This document shows, one piece after another, positions 1 to 9,641 of a DNA stretch of 64,000 bases (position 1 is its first letter; each line of letters begins with the position of its first letter). Source of the stretch: Bdellovibrio sp. (GTDB lineage: Bacteria; Bdellovibrionota; Bdellovibrionia; Bdellovibrionales; Bdellovibrionaceae); assembly GCA_036676395.1 (NCBI GenBank), contig JAKFCY010000002.1, forward strand, positions 1,664,001-1,728,000. Direction: 5' to 3'. The notes below the pieces were generated by a model. The model was not told the origin of the DNA. It ran no database searches and saw only the letters and a program-made list of their open reading frames with translations. The position numbers were made by a program, and so were the translations under genes.

Positions 1-120
1 GAAGGCAATGCCTCTGAAGAAAGCTGCTCAAACGCCAAATTTATTAATGAATTAAATAATCAATCAGATGCAAAAACTTACGATAAATTAAAAGCGCAGA
101 TCACTAAACTTTGCAGGTAA
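1..120 (+). CDS. C-terminal end of a hypothetical protein (partial)
   Basis: Open frame from window edge EGNASEESCSNAKF...ITKLCR, TAA at 118-120. Confidence 0.6.
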   Translation, partial: EGNASEESCSNAKFINELNNQSDAKTYDKLKAQITKLCR

Positions 121-132
121 CTGCAAACGTAA

Positions 133-252
133 CTACCGAAAAAAAATCATCAGAGCAGGTACAACAAAGACCATAAGTAAAAATACCTGTTCTTGTTTTT
201 GTGAAGCTCTGTTTCTTTTAGCAATTTCTAAGCTACCTCTAGATAAATTCAT
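133..252 (-). pseudogene. Truncated signal-peptide remnant paralogous to the N-terminus of the neighbouring FG-GAP lipoprotein
   Basis: MNLSRGSLEIAKRNRASQKQEQVFLLMVFVVPALMIFFR*, AAGGGG SD upstream; resembles RGSQKREHILFKMIVVVPVLMLWFQNC of the 2183 ORF. Confidence 0.5.
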
Positions 253-402
253 TAAAACCCCTTTCAACATCCCCTTACAGATTTATAAAGCAAACTAGAC
301 GCCACCGCTAAGACCCATCACAATGCATAACACAAATACTGTAGAATATAATTTAGTCACATTCACTCGGGACGACGATGCTAAGTTAGCAGATTTACAG
401 AC

Positions 403-427
403 AGATTCATGAATAAGTCATGAATCT
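403..427. repeat. Perfect 10-bp inverted repeat
   Basis: AGATTCATGA-ATAAG-TCATGAATCT in intergenic DNA. Confidence 0.6.
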
Positions 428-618
428 TTACAAGTGTTAGGATTTAACTCATGTCTCAGAAAGCGACATGCTCAGTCTTCGGCCCCGACTGAAATCCGAG
501 CTTACTTGGTGCACGGTCTTGAAAAACTAACACCAAAAGACCCGCTAAAATCACGCACAAAAATATATTCAGTTTCTTAAAAAAATCTACCGTCATAAAT
601 CCTCCTATTGAAAAAATA

Positions 619-2183
619 TTACTTACACTTAACTTCAGGAATATCCTGAAAGGTATTTCTCTTAAAGGCCTTCGGCAATTGCCCCATCGAATACGTTTGT
701 GAAGTGGCTCTTAAATCATCTGTCACATTCGTGATAAAATAATTGTGCTGATTCCATACCGCCCGGGTTGGCATCCATGAGCCTTCTACGCTTGGGCCAA
801 ATACTCTGACACCATTCATTTTATAAAAAGGACTATCGGGCTTCAGATCATAAGAGTAAGAATTTTGTGCCACGATAAGATCTGCGTAGCCATCACCATC
901 TGCATCAGCAACAACCGGATATTCACTTAAAGTTCCACTTGGATTTTTTGTTTGCCAAATTGTTTTTAAATTTAGCGAGCCATCCAATTCATAAATTCGA
1001 AGATACTGTTCGTCGGCGTAAATAATCTCTGGCTTACTATCACCATTAAAATCAAAAGAAGCCACGCCGGTTTTTCTTGAAGAACAATCGGTTGTTAAAC
1101 TGCCCGCGATTTTATTTCCAGACACATCATAAATCGTCAAGGAGCGGCCCGTAGCGATGGCGATCTCTAACGACTGGGATCGCCATCAAAATCCCCGATC
1201 GTAGCCTGCCCGCCACCGATAACGCCCGTACAGGTACTGTTTGTGTGTTCAGTTAACGCCTTATCAACAATCAGCACACCTTTAGAGGAGTAAACCTGAA
1301 ACGAAGACCCGCCGGCTAAAACAATTTCAGAACCCAGATGATTTTTATAAATATCTGCAATCGCCGGAAATCCTGTTTTAGAAAATTTAGAAATGGTTTT
1401 TCCCTGAACGTTCATAATTCCACCAGCGTTAACGATGCTCATTTTTGTAAGCGTACTCATCGGTTGCAAATTCACTGGTACATTATAACAGGCTACAATT
1501 TCAAGATTGGCCTTAACGAAAGGAATTTTACCTTTAGATTCTGAAACCACAAATCCAGGGGCTACGATATCTGCAATACCATCATTATCAATATCGGCAG
1601 CGGATAGTGAATCATCACAATTCATAGAACCAGAGGGTTTGTTTAAAACCCAGCGCTCTGACCCATCAGAATTAAGCGCAATCATGTTAACACTGCCTGA
1701 AACAGCACGGCTTAGATAGATGACTTCACCTTTGCCATCACCTTCAATATCAATTAACAAAGGCGCCATTGATCCAAAAGACATATGTTCAGGCTTCATT
1801 GCTGACCATTTTTCCTGCCCATTAGCACCGCTAATTACACGCACATAACCTGGTGAATTATAACTACCACCTTTAAAAGTTGTGAATGCAATTTCTGGAA
1901 TTCCATCACCATCAATATCACCAACCACAGGGGTTGACATCACCTGACTGTATAATGGCTCTTGAGTTGAAGCATGATCCCAAGCAAATTTTAGCTTAGG
2001 AATAATTTCATAAACTGTCATATCACGACAGATTGGTGCCGCAGCTTGAAGCGATGCCGTGTCGACTTTAAAATCCATTTTTGAAGAAGAACAATTTTGA
2101 AACCACAGCATCAAAACAGGAACTACGACTATCATTTTAAATAAGATGTGCTCGCGTTTTTGCGAACCGCGTACTGATTTCAT
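619..2183 (-). pseudogene. FG-GAP/VCBS-repeat lipoprotein split by a 1-nt frameshift near 1172 (ORFs 1167-2183 and 619-1140)
   Basis: FQNC lipobox; repeats GDIDGDGIPEI, DIEGDGKGE, DIDNDGIAD, GDFDGD, DFNGDSKPE, DADGDGYAD; WNQHNY motif; adding one base restores DGDPS-x-LEIAIATGRSLTIYD. Confidence 0.85.
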
Positions 2184-2208
2184 CGATCCCCCACCCAGCT
2201 TTATGTAA

Positions 2209-2224
2209 AGCAATTTGGTCGCCA
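2209..2224 (-). promoter_or_regulatory. Putative sigma54 (-24/-12) promoter of the FG-GAP gene
   Basis: TGGCGACCAAATTGCT on the minus strand, GG-N10-GC spacing, 25 nt before the ATG at 2183. Confidence 0.65.
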
Positions 2225-2401
2225 TAGCGCGAAGGCGATTCTAGTCGCGGGCATAGAATCAGAGCGAATAAAATGTGATCACTTTTTATGAAGATAATAA
2301 GCTAACTTACTAAATTAACTTAAGCTTTACGAAATAGTCTTAATACTCAACGACTGTCAGAATTAAAACCATGTCGCAATCTGAGATCAAAACAACTTAA
2401 A

Positions 2402-2878
2402 CTAAGCTTCCACTTTGCGTTGCTGAATACGATGTTCGCGGCGTTTTTTAGCAGCTTCGAAACGGCGTTTCTCAGTTTCAGTTTCCAACACTAAACTTGG
2501 AACCTTAGCAGATCTGCCATCAGAGCCTAAAGCAACAAACGTTAAATAAGATGAAGCGGTATGAAAAATTTCACCTGTTCTAGGATTTTCAGCATCAACA
2601 CGCACACCGATTTCCATAGACGAAGTAGAAACAAAATTCACCGAGGCTTTCAAGTTAACAACCCAACCGCGCTTTACCGGAGCAATAAAATCTAAACGGT
2701 CGATTGACGCTGTTACGACTTCTTTACCTGAGTGGCGCTGAGCTGCAATGGCGGCAGCAATATCAATCCAAGACATGATGGTTCCGCCAAAAATCGTATC
2801 AAAAGAATTTGTGTGTGATGGCAAAACAAGTTGGGTCATGATGACCTGAGAACGAGAAACAGATTTAGCTTCCGACAT
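2402..2878 (-). CDS. Acyl-CoA thioesterase (hot-dog fold, YciA family)
   Basis: HTNSFDTIFGGTIMSWIDIAAAIAA and VVTASIDRLDF motifs; likely start MSEAKS at 2878. Confidence 0.9.
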   Translation of the reverse strand: MSEAKSVSRSQVIMTQLVLPSHTNSFDTIFGGTIMSWIDIAAAIAAQRHSGKEVVTASIDRLDFIAPVKRGWVVNLKASVNFVSTSSMEIGVRVDAENPRTGEIFHTASSYLTFVALGSDGRSAKVPSLVLETETEKRRFEAAKKRREHRIQQRKVEA

Positions 2879-2914
2879 GATGATATCTCCGGGTGAATAT
2901 CTAAAGCATAACAC

Positions 2915-2952
2915 AAAAAAAAACGGGACATCAATTAAGATGACCCGTTTTT
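2915..2952 (-). terminator. Intrinsic terminator downstream of the luxR-type gene
   Basis: AAAAACGGG-A-CATC-AATTAA-GATG-A-CCCGTTTTT hairpin with flanking A/T runs. Confidence 0.75.
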
Positions 2953-2979
2953 GATTTAACTAAATAAATCTGATAAGAA

Positions 2980-3354
2980 CTAAACGCCTAAATCAGAGTT
3001 ACCATTGTTACGGCCGATGCCGCCACCTGGTAAAGTGATTGTCGTGCTCCCAGCAGGGATTGTCGTCGTAGTAGTAGCCTGTGTATTAAAAGCAGTTGCT
3101 CCAGCAGGTTGAGAGGCTTCCATACGTGCATCGCTTTCAACAAATCCTAAGTGCGGTAAGCACCATACGATTAATTGTGCGCGTGATTTAACATTCATTT
3201 TTTTATAAATGTTTGTTAAATGAAATTTTACAGTTTTTTCTGTAACGAATAATTGATTCGCAACTTCTTTGTTCGAAAGACCTTTAGAAACTAGTTCAGC
3301 AACTTCTGCTTCACGATTAGAAAGACCCTTTTGAATTAAAACATCTCTGAGCAT
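2980..3354 (-). CDS. Standalone LuxR/NarL-type HTH regulator with low-complexity Thr/Gly tail
   Basis: LSNREAEVAELVSKGLSNKEVANQLFVTEKTVKFHLTNIYKKM; AGGAGGA SD. Confidence 0.92.
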   Translation of the reverse strand: MLRDVLIQKGLSNREAEVAELVSKGLSNKEVANQLFVTEKTVKFHLTNIYKKMNVKSRAQLIVWCLPHLGFVESDARMEASQPAGATAFNTQATTTTTIPAGSTTITLPGGGIGRNNGNSDLGV

Positions 3355-3598
3355 CCTTGCTCCTCCTGCTTAATTGTTTTTTGTTTAATACAGCTAATTT
3401 TTTTGTGTCACCCTGAGACTAGTCTTGATTTCCTTATCTCGACTTTGCTTCAGATTAACAACAACAACCTGAATTTAAGTCTGACAGACTTTCGATAGAA
3501 CGCAATACCTTTGGCTTTATTTTTTTTTAAAACTAGACCGACCTCGTCAAAATCCCCGCAAACCTAGTAGATTCTAAGGAAATTTGTAGAAATTAACA

Positions 3599-3625
3599 TA
3601 AGAAATCGAATCAATTAACCGATAA
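3599..3625 (+). promoter_or_regulatory. Putative sigma28 (FliA) promoter of cheY-cheX
   Basis: TAAG-N15-ACCGATAA versus consensus TAAA-N15-GCCGATAA. Confidence 0.65.
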
Positions 3626-3645
3626 GTCTGGGGTAAGGAGTCTAC

Positions 3646-4065
3646 ATGTTTATCCCAAATACAAAGTTTCTCATCGTCGATGATTTTGCAACAATGCGCA
3701 AGGTAGTCAAAAAGGTTCTGGTCGAGCTTGGCTACAGCGATATTCTTGAAGCCGAAGACGGAAAAATAGCATTACAGTTAATTCAAGACGCTGCCAACAG
3801 TGGCGCCCCTTTTCAATGTATCGTGTCTGATTGGAATATGCCAAATATGACAGGGCTTGAGCTACTAAAAGCCTGCAAGGCTGATCCTAAGCTTAAAGAG
3901 ACACCGTTCATGCTAGTCACCGCAGAGAGTGAAAAAGAACAAATCATCGAAGCAGCTAAGGCCGGCGTATCTGAATACGTGGTTAAGCCCTTCAACGCGG
4001 CTACTTTAAAAGATAAACTTACTCGCGTGTACAATAAACATAATCCAGCAGCGAAGGCGGCGTAA
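3646..4065 (+). CDS. cheY: Chemotaxis response regulator CheY
   Basis: LIVDDFATMR, SDWNMPNMTGLELL, MLVTAE, YVVKPF. Confidence 0.9.
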   Translation: MFIPNTKFLIVDDFATMRKVVKKVLVELGYSDILEAEDGKIALQLIQDAANSGAPFQCIVSDWNMPNMTGLELLKACKADPKLKETPFMLVTAESEKEQIIEAAKAGVSEYVVKPFNAATLKDKLTRVYNKHNPAAKAA

Positions 4066-4572
4066 GTGTCTACAGCTTTAAAAATTTCCACATTAAAAAA
4101 CCCACTCTTTGAAAAAATCGTAGTGGGTAACATTTGTGCCGGCATCAAAGACACATTAACTCAACTAGGCCCTTTTACGACAGAATTTCAACCGCATTTT
4201 TTTGCGGCTAAATGGGTTGTACCAACTCCGATTTCAGTGATTTTAAATTTAAAACAAGATGAACAACCCATACAGGTGCGTTTTCATTTCGACCCAAAAC
4301 CAGTTATTGATATCTTAGAAGGCATGATTGGCGATAAAGTTGACCCTGAATCTCAAGATATTTTAGACGGCGTTGGCGAAATCAGTAATATGATTTATGG
4401 CCTTATTAAATCTAAAGCCAATAGCTCAGGGTTTTCTTTCGGCATGAGCCGCCCCGAAGCTTGTTTTACAAAAGATATTCCGCCAAATGCGAATCCTAAT
4501 GGCCAAAGTTTAGTGATTCCATTTTCTGTTAACGGCAGCGTCTGCCATTTTGAATTTATTGTATTTCAATAA
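4066..4572 (+). CDS. cheX: CheX-like chemotaxis phosphatase
   Basis: DGVGEISNMIYG (E-x2-N) motif; GTG start directly follows cheY stop. Confidence 0.7.
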   Translation: MSTALKISTLKNPLFEKIVVGNICAGIKDTLTQLGPFTTEFQPHFFAAKWVVPTPISVILNLKQDEQPIQVRFHFDPKPVIDILEGMIGDKVDPESQDILDGVGEISNMIYGLIKSKANSSGFSFGMSRPEACFTKDIPPNANPNGQSLVIPFSVNGSVCHFEFIVFQ

Positions 4573-4574
4573 TT

Positions 4575-5816
4575 TTAATCGATCAAATTTTGATCTTGTA
4601 AAAAAATAAGGGCTTCGGAAGAAGTCCTTATTTTTTTTTCAAATTGAGCTTTGCGCACAAACTGCAAAAGCGTGGCGATTTGTGCAGGCGCACATCTTCC
4701 ATAAAACTCTGTGCCGCTTAATAAAGGCTTAGGAAATTCATTAAAATAACCCACAACGGCAGCATTTAGAGCTATTGAGCATTCCCCGTAGCTTGAATAA
4801 AATTGCAGTAGCATTAGTGAATGTTCTTTGTTCCGTTCTTTATCAATCAATAGCGTTAAGTCTAAAGCTTGCGGTTTTTTTGAAAGCTCATGTTTAAGAT
4901 CAATCGCTTTTTTAGCAAAAACCGCATCTTCTTTAGAGCATTTTAGCCGAGCTTTTAAAAACTGAGCTGCCTCAGGAGCATAACTCCATAAGATAACAAC
5001 ATTCATCACAAGCTGTTGTGCAGAGGTCATTGCCGTGGTTTTCAATGCAGGCAAAGCTAATAAGTTATTTGCATTAAACTCAGCCCCAAGGGACTTCCAT
5101 AATGCGGCCGTTAACTCTTGCCCCCAGAAAAGGCTTTCAGCATGGCTTTTAACTATCTTTAAAATCTCATCAAAAATGCGTTCACCGCTGACGGTACGAA
5201 TGAGATCGATATTATTTTTTGCAGCCATTAAGTCCGCTTCGGGGATTTCAAAACCAAGCTGCGCCTTAAAACGAGCTAACCTTAATAAGCGCAAATGATC
5301 TTCTTTAAATCTACGATCGGCATCACCAACACAACGTAGAATTTTATTTTCTAAATCTGAAACCCCACCAACATAATCCAAAACCTGATGTTTTTCTAAA
5401 TCATAAAATAACGCGTTTACGGTAAAGTCGCGACGTTTTGCATCTTCAAGCGGCGTTGCACGTTTAATACCTTGAGGCCTGCGACCATCAACATATTCGT
5501 CTTCTTCACGAAACACCGCTAGATCAATTATTATGTTTCTATTGTTGATAAAAAATGGAAGTTTATAAACGCCGAATTTTTGCCCAACGAGCACGGCTTT
5601 TGGAAAAAGCTCTAAGATTTCTTCATCACTGGCATCAGTCACCAAATCAATGTCAACCGGTGTGCGACCAAGCCACATATCACGAACTGCCCCGCCCGAA
5701 ACCCAGCACAGGCGCTTTTTTTGAGCTAAATCTTTAGAAACCCTATAAATAAAACTCGCCGACTCTAATAAATTCAAGCGATCAGTAAAATCAATTTCAT
5801 AAACAGAGTGACTCAT
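4575..5816 (-). CDS. cca: tRNA nucleotidyltransferase (CCA-adding/poly(A) polymerase family)
   Basis: GGAVRD, DIDL, RRDFTVNAL, FKEDHLRLLR motifs; start 5816 or 5834. Confidence 0.85.
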   Translation of the reverse strand: MSHSVYEIDFTDRLNLLESASFIYRVSKDLAQKKRLCWVSGGAVRDMWLGRTPVDIDLVTDASDEEILELFPKAVLVGQKFGVYKLPFFINNRNIIIDLAVFREEDEYVDGRRPQGIKRATPLEDAKRRDFTVNALFYDLEKHQVLDYVGGVSDLENKILRCVGDADRRFKEDHLRLLRLARFKAQLGFEIPEADLMAAKNNIDLIRTVSGERIFDEILKIVKSHAESLFWGQELTAALWKSLGAEFNANNLLALPALKTTAMTSAQQLVMNVVILWSYAPEAAQFLKARLKCSKEDAVFAKKAIDLKHELSKKPQALDLTLLIDKERNKEHSLMLLQFYSSYGECSIALNAAVVGYFNEFPKPLLSGTEFYGRCAPAQIATLLQFVRKAQFEKKIRTSSEALIFLQDQNLID

Positions 5817-5853
5817 ATATATACTATCATTCATGGTTTCAGAGCCGCACACA

Positions 5854-6945
5854 ATGAAAAATTTATTTAAAGACCCTTTGGATTTAATGCTAGATCCAAA
5901 TCTGAAATCCCATTTGCAGCACATCAAACTTGATCAAAATTTTGATTTAGTCAGCGCGACAGCCTTGAATAAACCTTTGACCATCGACTTTTACAAAAAT
6001 TGGTTAGCCAATAACCAGCATGGCGACATGAATTATCTAGAAAGTCATCTCCCCCTTAAAGAAGACCCCACCCAAATTCATGCCAGCTTAAAATCAGCCA
6101 TCACCATCGCGTTTCATTATTTTCCGGCGATTAAACCGTATCAACAGCATGTTCCCGCGCGCGCCGCCCTTTACGCGCAAAATGAAGATTATCATTTTTG
6201 GCTAAAAGACAAACTCACCACCAGCATCAGTTATTTACAGACTCAATATCCCCATGAACATTTTTTTCCTTACGTGGATTCAGGTCCGGTCTTAGAACGC
6301 GACTTGGCTTATCAAGCAGGCCTTGGGTGGTTTGGTAAAAACACCTGCATTATCCATTCGCAAAAAGGCAGTTTGTTTTTCTTAGCTGAAATTTTAACTT
6401 CAATCGAAGTTAAAGAAAAACTGCCGTTACATGAAGACCTGTGCGGGTCTTGCAGTAAATGCATCGACATCTGCCCGACAGGTGCCTTATCAGGTGATAA
6501 AAAATTAAATGCCAATAAGTGCATTTCATATTTAACCATTGAATCAAAAACTGTCGCCCCTAAAGAGTTACGTCCCAAGATTAGCGATTGGTTTTTCGGC
6601 TGCGATTTGTGCCAGACCGTCTGCCCGTGGAACCAGAAAAAACTAAATATCCTTGTTCCTGAGCATAGCCAAAAATCAAGCGCACCATTTTTAAGTTTAA
6701 CTTCTGAAAAAGAACGAGAGCTAGAAGATTTTTTTCGCACGATTTTAGATTCTTCGAATAAAAAAATTCAAAAAATGTTTTACGGAACACCAATGTTAAG
6801 ATCTGGCGGCTTTGGCTTAAAACGCAATGCTATGGTGGTTATCGCCAACCGCAAAATGACTAACCTAAAAGCTGAAGTTGCAAAGTACAGTGAAGATCCA
6901 AAATTAGCCGAATTGGCTCAGTGGACACTCGAACAACTTAACTAA
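5854..6945 (+). CDS. queG: Epoxyqueuosine reductase
   Basis: VDSGPVLER, GLGWFGKN, CGSCSKCIDICPTGA, CISYLTIE, FGCDLCQTVCPWN; start uncertain (5833/5854/5887). Confidence 0.95.
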   Translation: MKNLFKDPLDLMLDPNLKSHLQHIKLDQNFDLVSATALNKPLTIDFYKNWLANNQHGDMNYLESHLPLKEDPTQIHASLKSAITIAFHYFPAIKPYQQHVPARAALYAQNEDYHFWLKDKLTTSISYLQTQYPHEHFFPYVDSGPVLERDLAYQAGLGWFGKNTCIIHSQKGSLFFLAEILTSIEVKEKLPLHEDLCGSCSKCIDICPTGALSGDKKLNANKCISYLTIESKTVAPKELRPKISDWFFGCDLCQTVCPWNQKKLNILVPEHSQKSSAPFLSLTSEKERELEDFFRTILDSSNKKIQKMFYGTPMLRSGGFGLKRNAMVVIANRKMTNLKAEVAKYSEDPKLAELAQWTLEQLN

Positions 6946-7334
6946 ATACCAATCGCCGTTTTCCACTCAGGCGTCGGTAAAATAATTTTTCTGGCTTTTA
7001 AATCAAAAAATGCCAGCACCACGATAAGCTCTGCGCAGACTTCATTTTTATCATTAAACATTTCTTGTTTTAGTTTTCCGATTTTTCCATTGTATTCTGT
7101 GCACTCTACTGAAATTTTAATTTTATCACGTTGTTTAAGCTCTTTGATAAAACGTAAATGGGCTTCTAAAATCACTGGCCCCTGGCCTGTTTCCTGAATT
7201 TTCTTTAGGCCAAATCCACGCTCAGTAATGAGATCCCAGCGGGCTTGTTCGAATAGCTCTAAATAACGAGCGTTATTCATATGGCCAAAAATATCCAGAT
7301 GTGTTTCTTGCACCATGGTTTCAAATAAATACAT
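6942..7334 (-). CDS. Acyl-CoA thioesterase (YbgC/FadM family)
   Basis: LDIFGHMNNARYLELFEQAR. Confidence 0.9.
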   Translation of the reverse strand: MYLFETMVQETHLDIFGHMNNARYLELFEQARWDLITERGFGLKKIQETGQGPVILEAHLRFIKELKQRDKIKISVECTEYNGKIGKLKQEMFNDKNEVCAELIVVLAFFDLKARKIILPTPEWKTAIGI

Positions 7335-7344
7335 AAGAACCTAC

Positions 7345-7944
7345 TTAGTTAATTAAAAAGCCCAAAGAGATCGCTGGGTATGTTTCTTTAGCGATATACT
7401 CATCAAAATTCGTGATCGTATCATTTTTTTTAAAGTTCATCTGACGGTGAGATACTAAGGCACCGATATAAAAATTCGAAGCAAAGCTTACTTTATATTC
7501 AAGGTCGGCCTGAAAACCACTGCCTTTGCGATAATCACCAAAACTTTCGTCATGGCGGTAAAACGCACGAAAATTAAAATTATTACGAAAGAAATAACCA
7601 AAACCCACTCCGCCGGTTTTACCATTTGTGGGGCCCGCTAAAGTTGAATAGTTTTTTACCGAATACAAAAGGCCTAAATACCAATTACTGTCATTGATAT
7701 AGCCAAGCTTAGAGTCGTAAATCGATGTGTTGTTCTTAAAATCCTGCGTTGATGGGTTTCCGGCGGCTTCGGACTGGCCGTAGTGAATACCAAAATCTAG
7801 GAGCACGCCAGATTTTCCAGCCACATAAACACTGCTGCCACCGCGTGATGAGCCACCACCACGAGTTTGTGCCCGACTAAGGACAGACAAACTCAACACA
7901 ACAAAAACGATTGATAAAAATGACTTAGATACAATTTTAATCAA
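7345..7944 (-). CDS. Outer-membrane beta-barrel protein
   Basis: Signal peptide, alternating aromatic/Gly strands, C-terminal PAISLGFLIN. Confidence 0.7.
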   Translation of the reverse strand: MIKIVSKSFLSIVFVVLSLSVLSRAQTRGGGSSRGGSSVYVAGKSGVLLDFGIHYGQSEAAGNPSTQDFKNNTSIYDSKLGYINDSNWYLGLLYSVKNYSTLAGPTNGKTGGVGFGYFFRNNFNFRAFYRHDESFGDYRKGSGFQADLEYKVSFASNFYIGALVSHRQMNFKKNDTITNFDEYIAKETYPAISLGFLIN

Positions 7945-8077
7945 GTTAACGATTCCTTGTTTTTTATTGTGAAAAATTTATAAAAAATGTTCAATAACAC
8001 ATTTCTAACGCAAGGCAGAAGTCTACGCGCAACACTTTCTTGATGACTTCAATTTTAGGCTATGGTTTTTCACATGT

Positions 8078-8680
8078 ATGCGAAGAATCAAACCTGCATT
8101 TAAACTTGTAGTACTGCTGATCAATTTAGTGTTCTGCTTCGCATTTACATCTACGGCCCAGGCCGGCGAAAGCATCAAAGGCCGCATTAAAAAAGTAGAT
8201 AACACTTATCTCATCGTTACAAAAAACCAAATTGCTTATACTTTAGATTTTTCAAACGGCGTTTCTGAACAACAAATTAGACGTTTAAATAATGGCGACT
8301 TCGCTTCCGTGTCTGCTAACTTTAGCAGCATCTCGCCAAGCCTTATCTACGTCACTTCTGTTGATTACGTAGGTCTAAATATGCTGACTGGTATTTGGTT
8401 AAGTGAGGCTGGCTTGTGCTATGAATTCGCAAGCTTTACGCGCTTATACGTCTATGGCCCTGACAATGACGGTGAATGTGTACGCAGTCTTGATCCCGAA
8501 GAGTACTCAAAATACACCTACTTCATCAATCCTGATGTCGACGCATGGAATATGTTAATTTCTTCGAACAATTCAGAATTCGTCGGCAACCTAGATATTA
8601 TCAGTGATAACGAGATCACAATAGAGTTGTTTGACGCCCGAACTGACGCTACCCTAGGAACAATGGTTCTTAGGAGATAG
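8078..8680 (+). CDS. Exported hypothetical protein
   Basis: AQA-type signal peptide, 200 aa, first gene of the run with hutG and ltaE. Confidence 0.7.
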   Translation: MRRIKPAFKLVVLLINLVFCFAFTSTAQAGESIKGRIKKVDNTYLIVTKNQIAYTLDFSNGVSEQQIRRLNNGDFASVSANFSSISPSLIYVTSVDYVGLNMLTGIWLSEAGLCYEFASFTRLYVYGPDNDGECVRSLDPEEYSKYTYFINPDVDAWNMLISSNNSEFVGNLDIISDNEITIELFDARTDATLGTMVLRR

Positions 8681-8685
8681 ACAAA

Positions 8686-9633
8686 TTGTTTCTACCGGTT
8701 AAATCTGACATCTTTTTTACAAAAAATGATCCTGAAGATATTCGTCTTGGCGATTTAGCCCGTTCTGTGAATTTTGACGAATTAAAGCCCAATGACTTCG
8801 TCATCTTTGGCTACCCTGATGATGACGGCATTAAACTCAATGGTGGCCGCATCGGTGCGGCAGAAGCTCCCAGATTGATTCGCCAATTTCTTTATAAAAT
8901 GACCCCGTCTTACAAAAAGGCGATCGTTAAAAGTAATATTCACGACTATGGCGACCTTGCCTTAACTACTGGTGACATTGCTGTTCGCCATGATATGGCT
9001 CGTAAACATTTAGTGAAATGTTTAATGAAAGACGCCAAAGTGATTTGCATTGGCGGCGGCCATGATTACGGTTTTGCAGATGCCGCAGCTTTTGTGGATC
9101 GTTATCAATCAAGCCATAAGAAAAAACCTATTATCATTAATTTTGACGCTCATATGGATGTGCGCCCGCCAAAAAATGGACCTAACAGCGGCACACCTTT
9201 TTATCGTCTTTACGATGAACACCAAAATCGATTTCAATTAATCGAAATCGGCATTCAAAATCAGTGTAATTCTGCGCACCACATTCGCTGGGCCAAAGAG
9301 CGTGATATTCAAATCGTAGATTTAGATTTACTGCGCACTTCTGGCTGGGGCGCTGTTTGGACACAAACGGCACTTAAAGATTTAGATCATGATCAGCCGG
9401 TGTTTGTAAGTTTTGATATTGATGCCTTAACAGCGGCCGAAGCCGGCGGCTGTAGCCAAGCTTGGGCGACGGGTTTAAAAATTGATGAGTGTTTAAATTT
9501 TCTGACTCAGCTTTATAGCAAATGCAAAGTGCGTGGTTTTGGTGTGTACGAAGTATCGCCACCACTTGATCGTGATTTTCAAACTTCGAAAACTGCGGCC
9601 CTTTTATTACATCACTTTATTTTTAACAGCTAG
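8686..9633 (+). CDS. hutG: Formimidoylglutamase (arginase/ureohydrolase family)
   Basis: GGRIGAAEAP, GGGHD, NFDAHMDVR, NSGTPF, SFDIDA, EVSP. Confidence 0.85.
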   Translation: MFLPVKSDIFFTKNDPEDIRLGDLARSVNFDELKPNDFVIFGYPDDDGIKLNGGRIGAAEAPRLIRQFLYKMTPSYKKAIVKSNIHDYGDLALTTGDIAVRHDMARKHLVKCLMKDAKVICIGGGHDYGFADAAAFVDRYQSSHKKKPIIINFDAHMDVRPPKNGPNSGTPFYRLYDEHQNRFQLIEIGIQNQCNSAHHIRWAKERDIQIVDLDLLRTSGWGAVWTQTALKDLDHDQPVFVSFDIDALTAAEAGGCSQAWATGLKIDECLNFLTQLYSKCKVRGFGVYEVSPPLDRDFQTSKTAALLLHHFIFNS

Positions 9634-9641
9634 GACATCTC

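Noticed and set aside
295..366. 23-aa hydrophobic mini-ORF on the minus strand (MNVTKLYSTVFVLCIVMGLSGGV)
   Set aside because: Too short, no SD or homology support
1165..1180. Programmed ribosomal frameshift or phase variation in the FG-GAP gene
   Set aside because: No slippery heptamer, homopolymer or short tandem repeat at the junction
5817..5927. Head-to-head overlap of cca and queG
   Set aside because: Disappears with downstream starts (5816 and 5854 or 5887)
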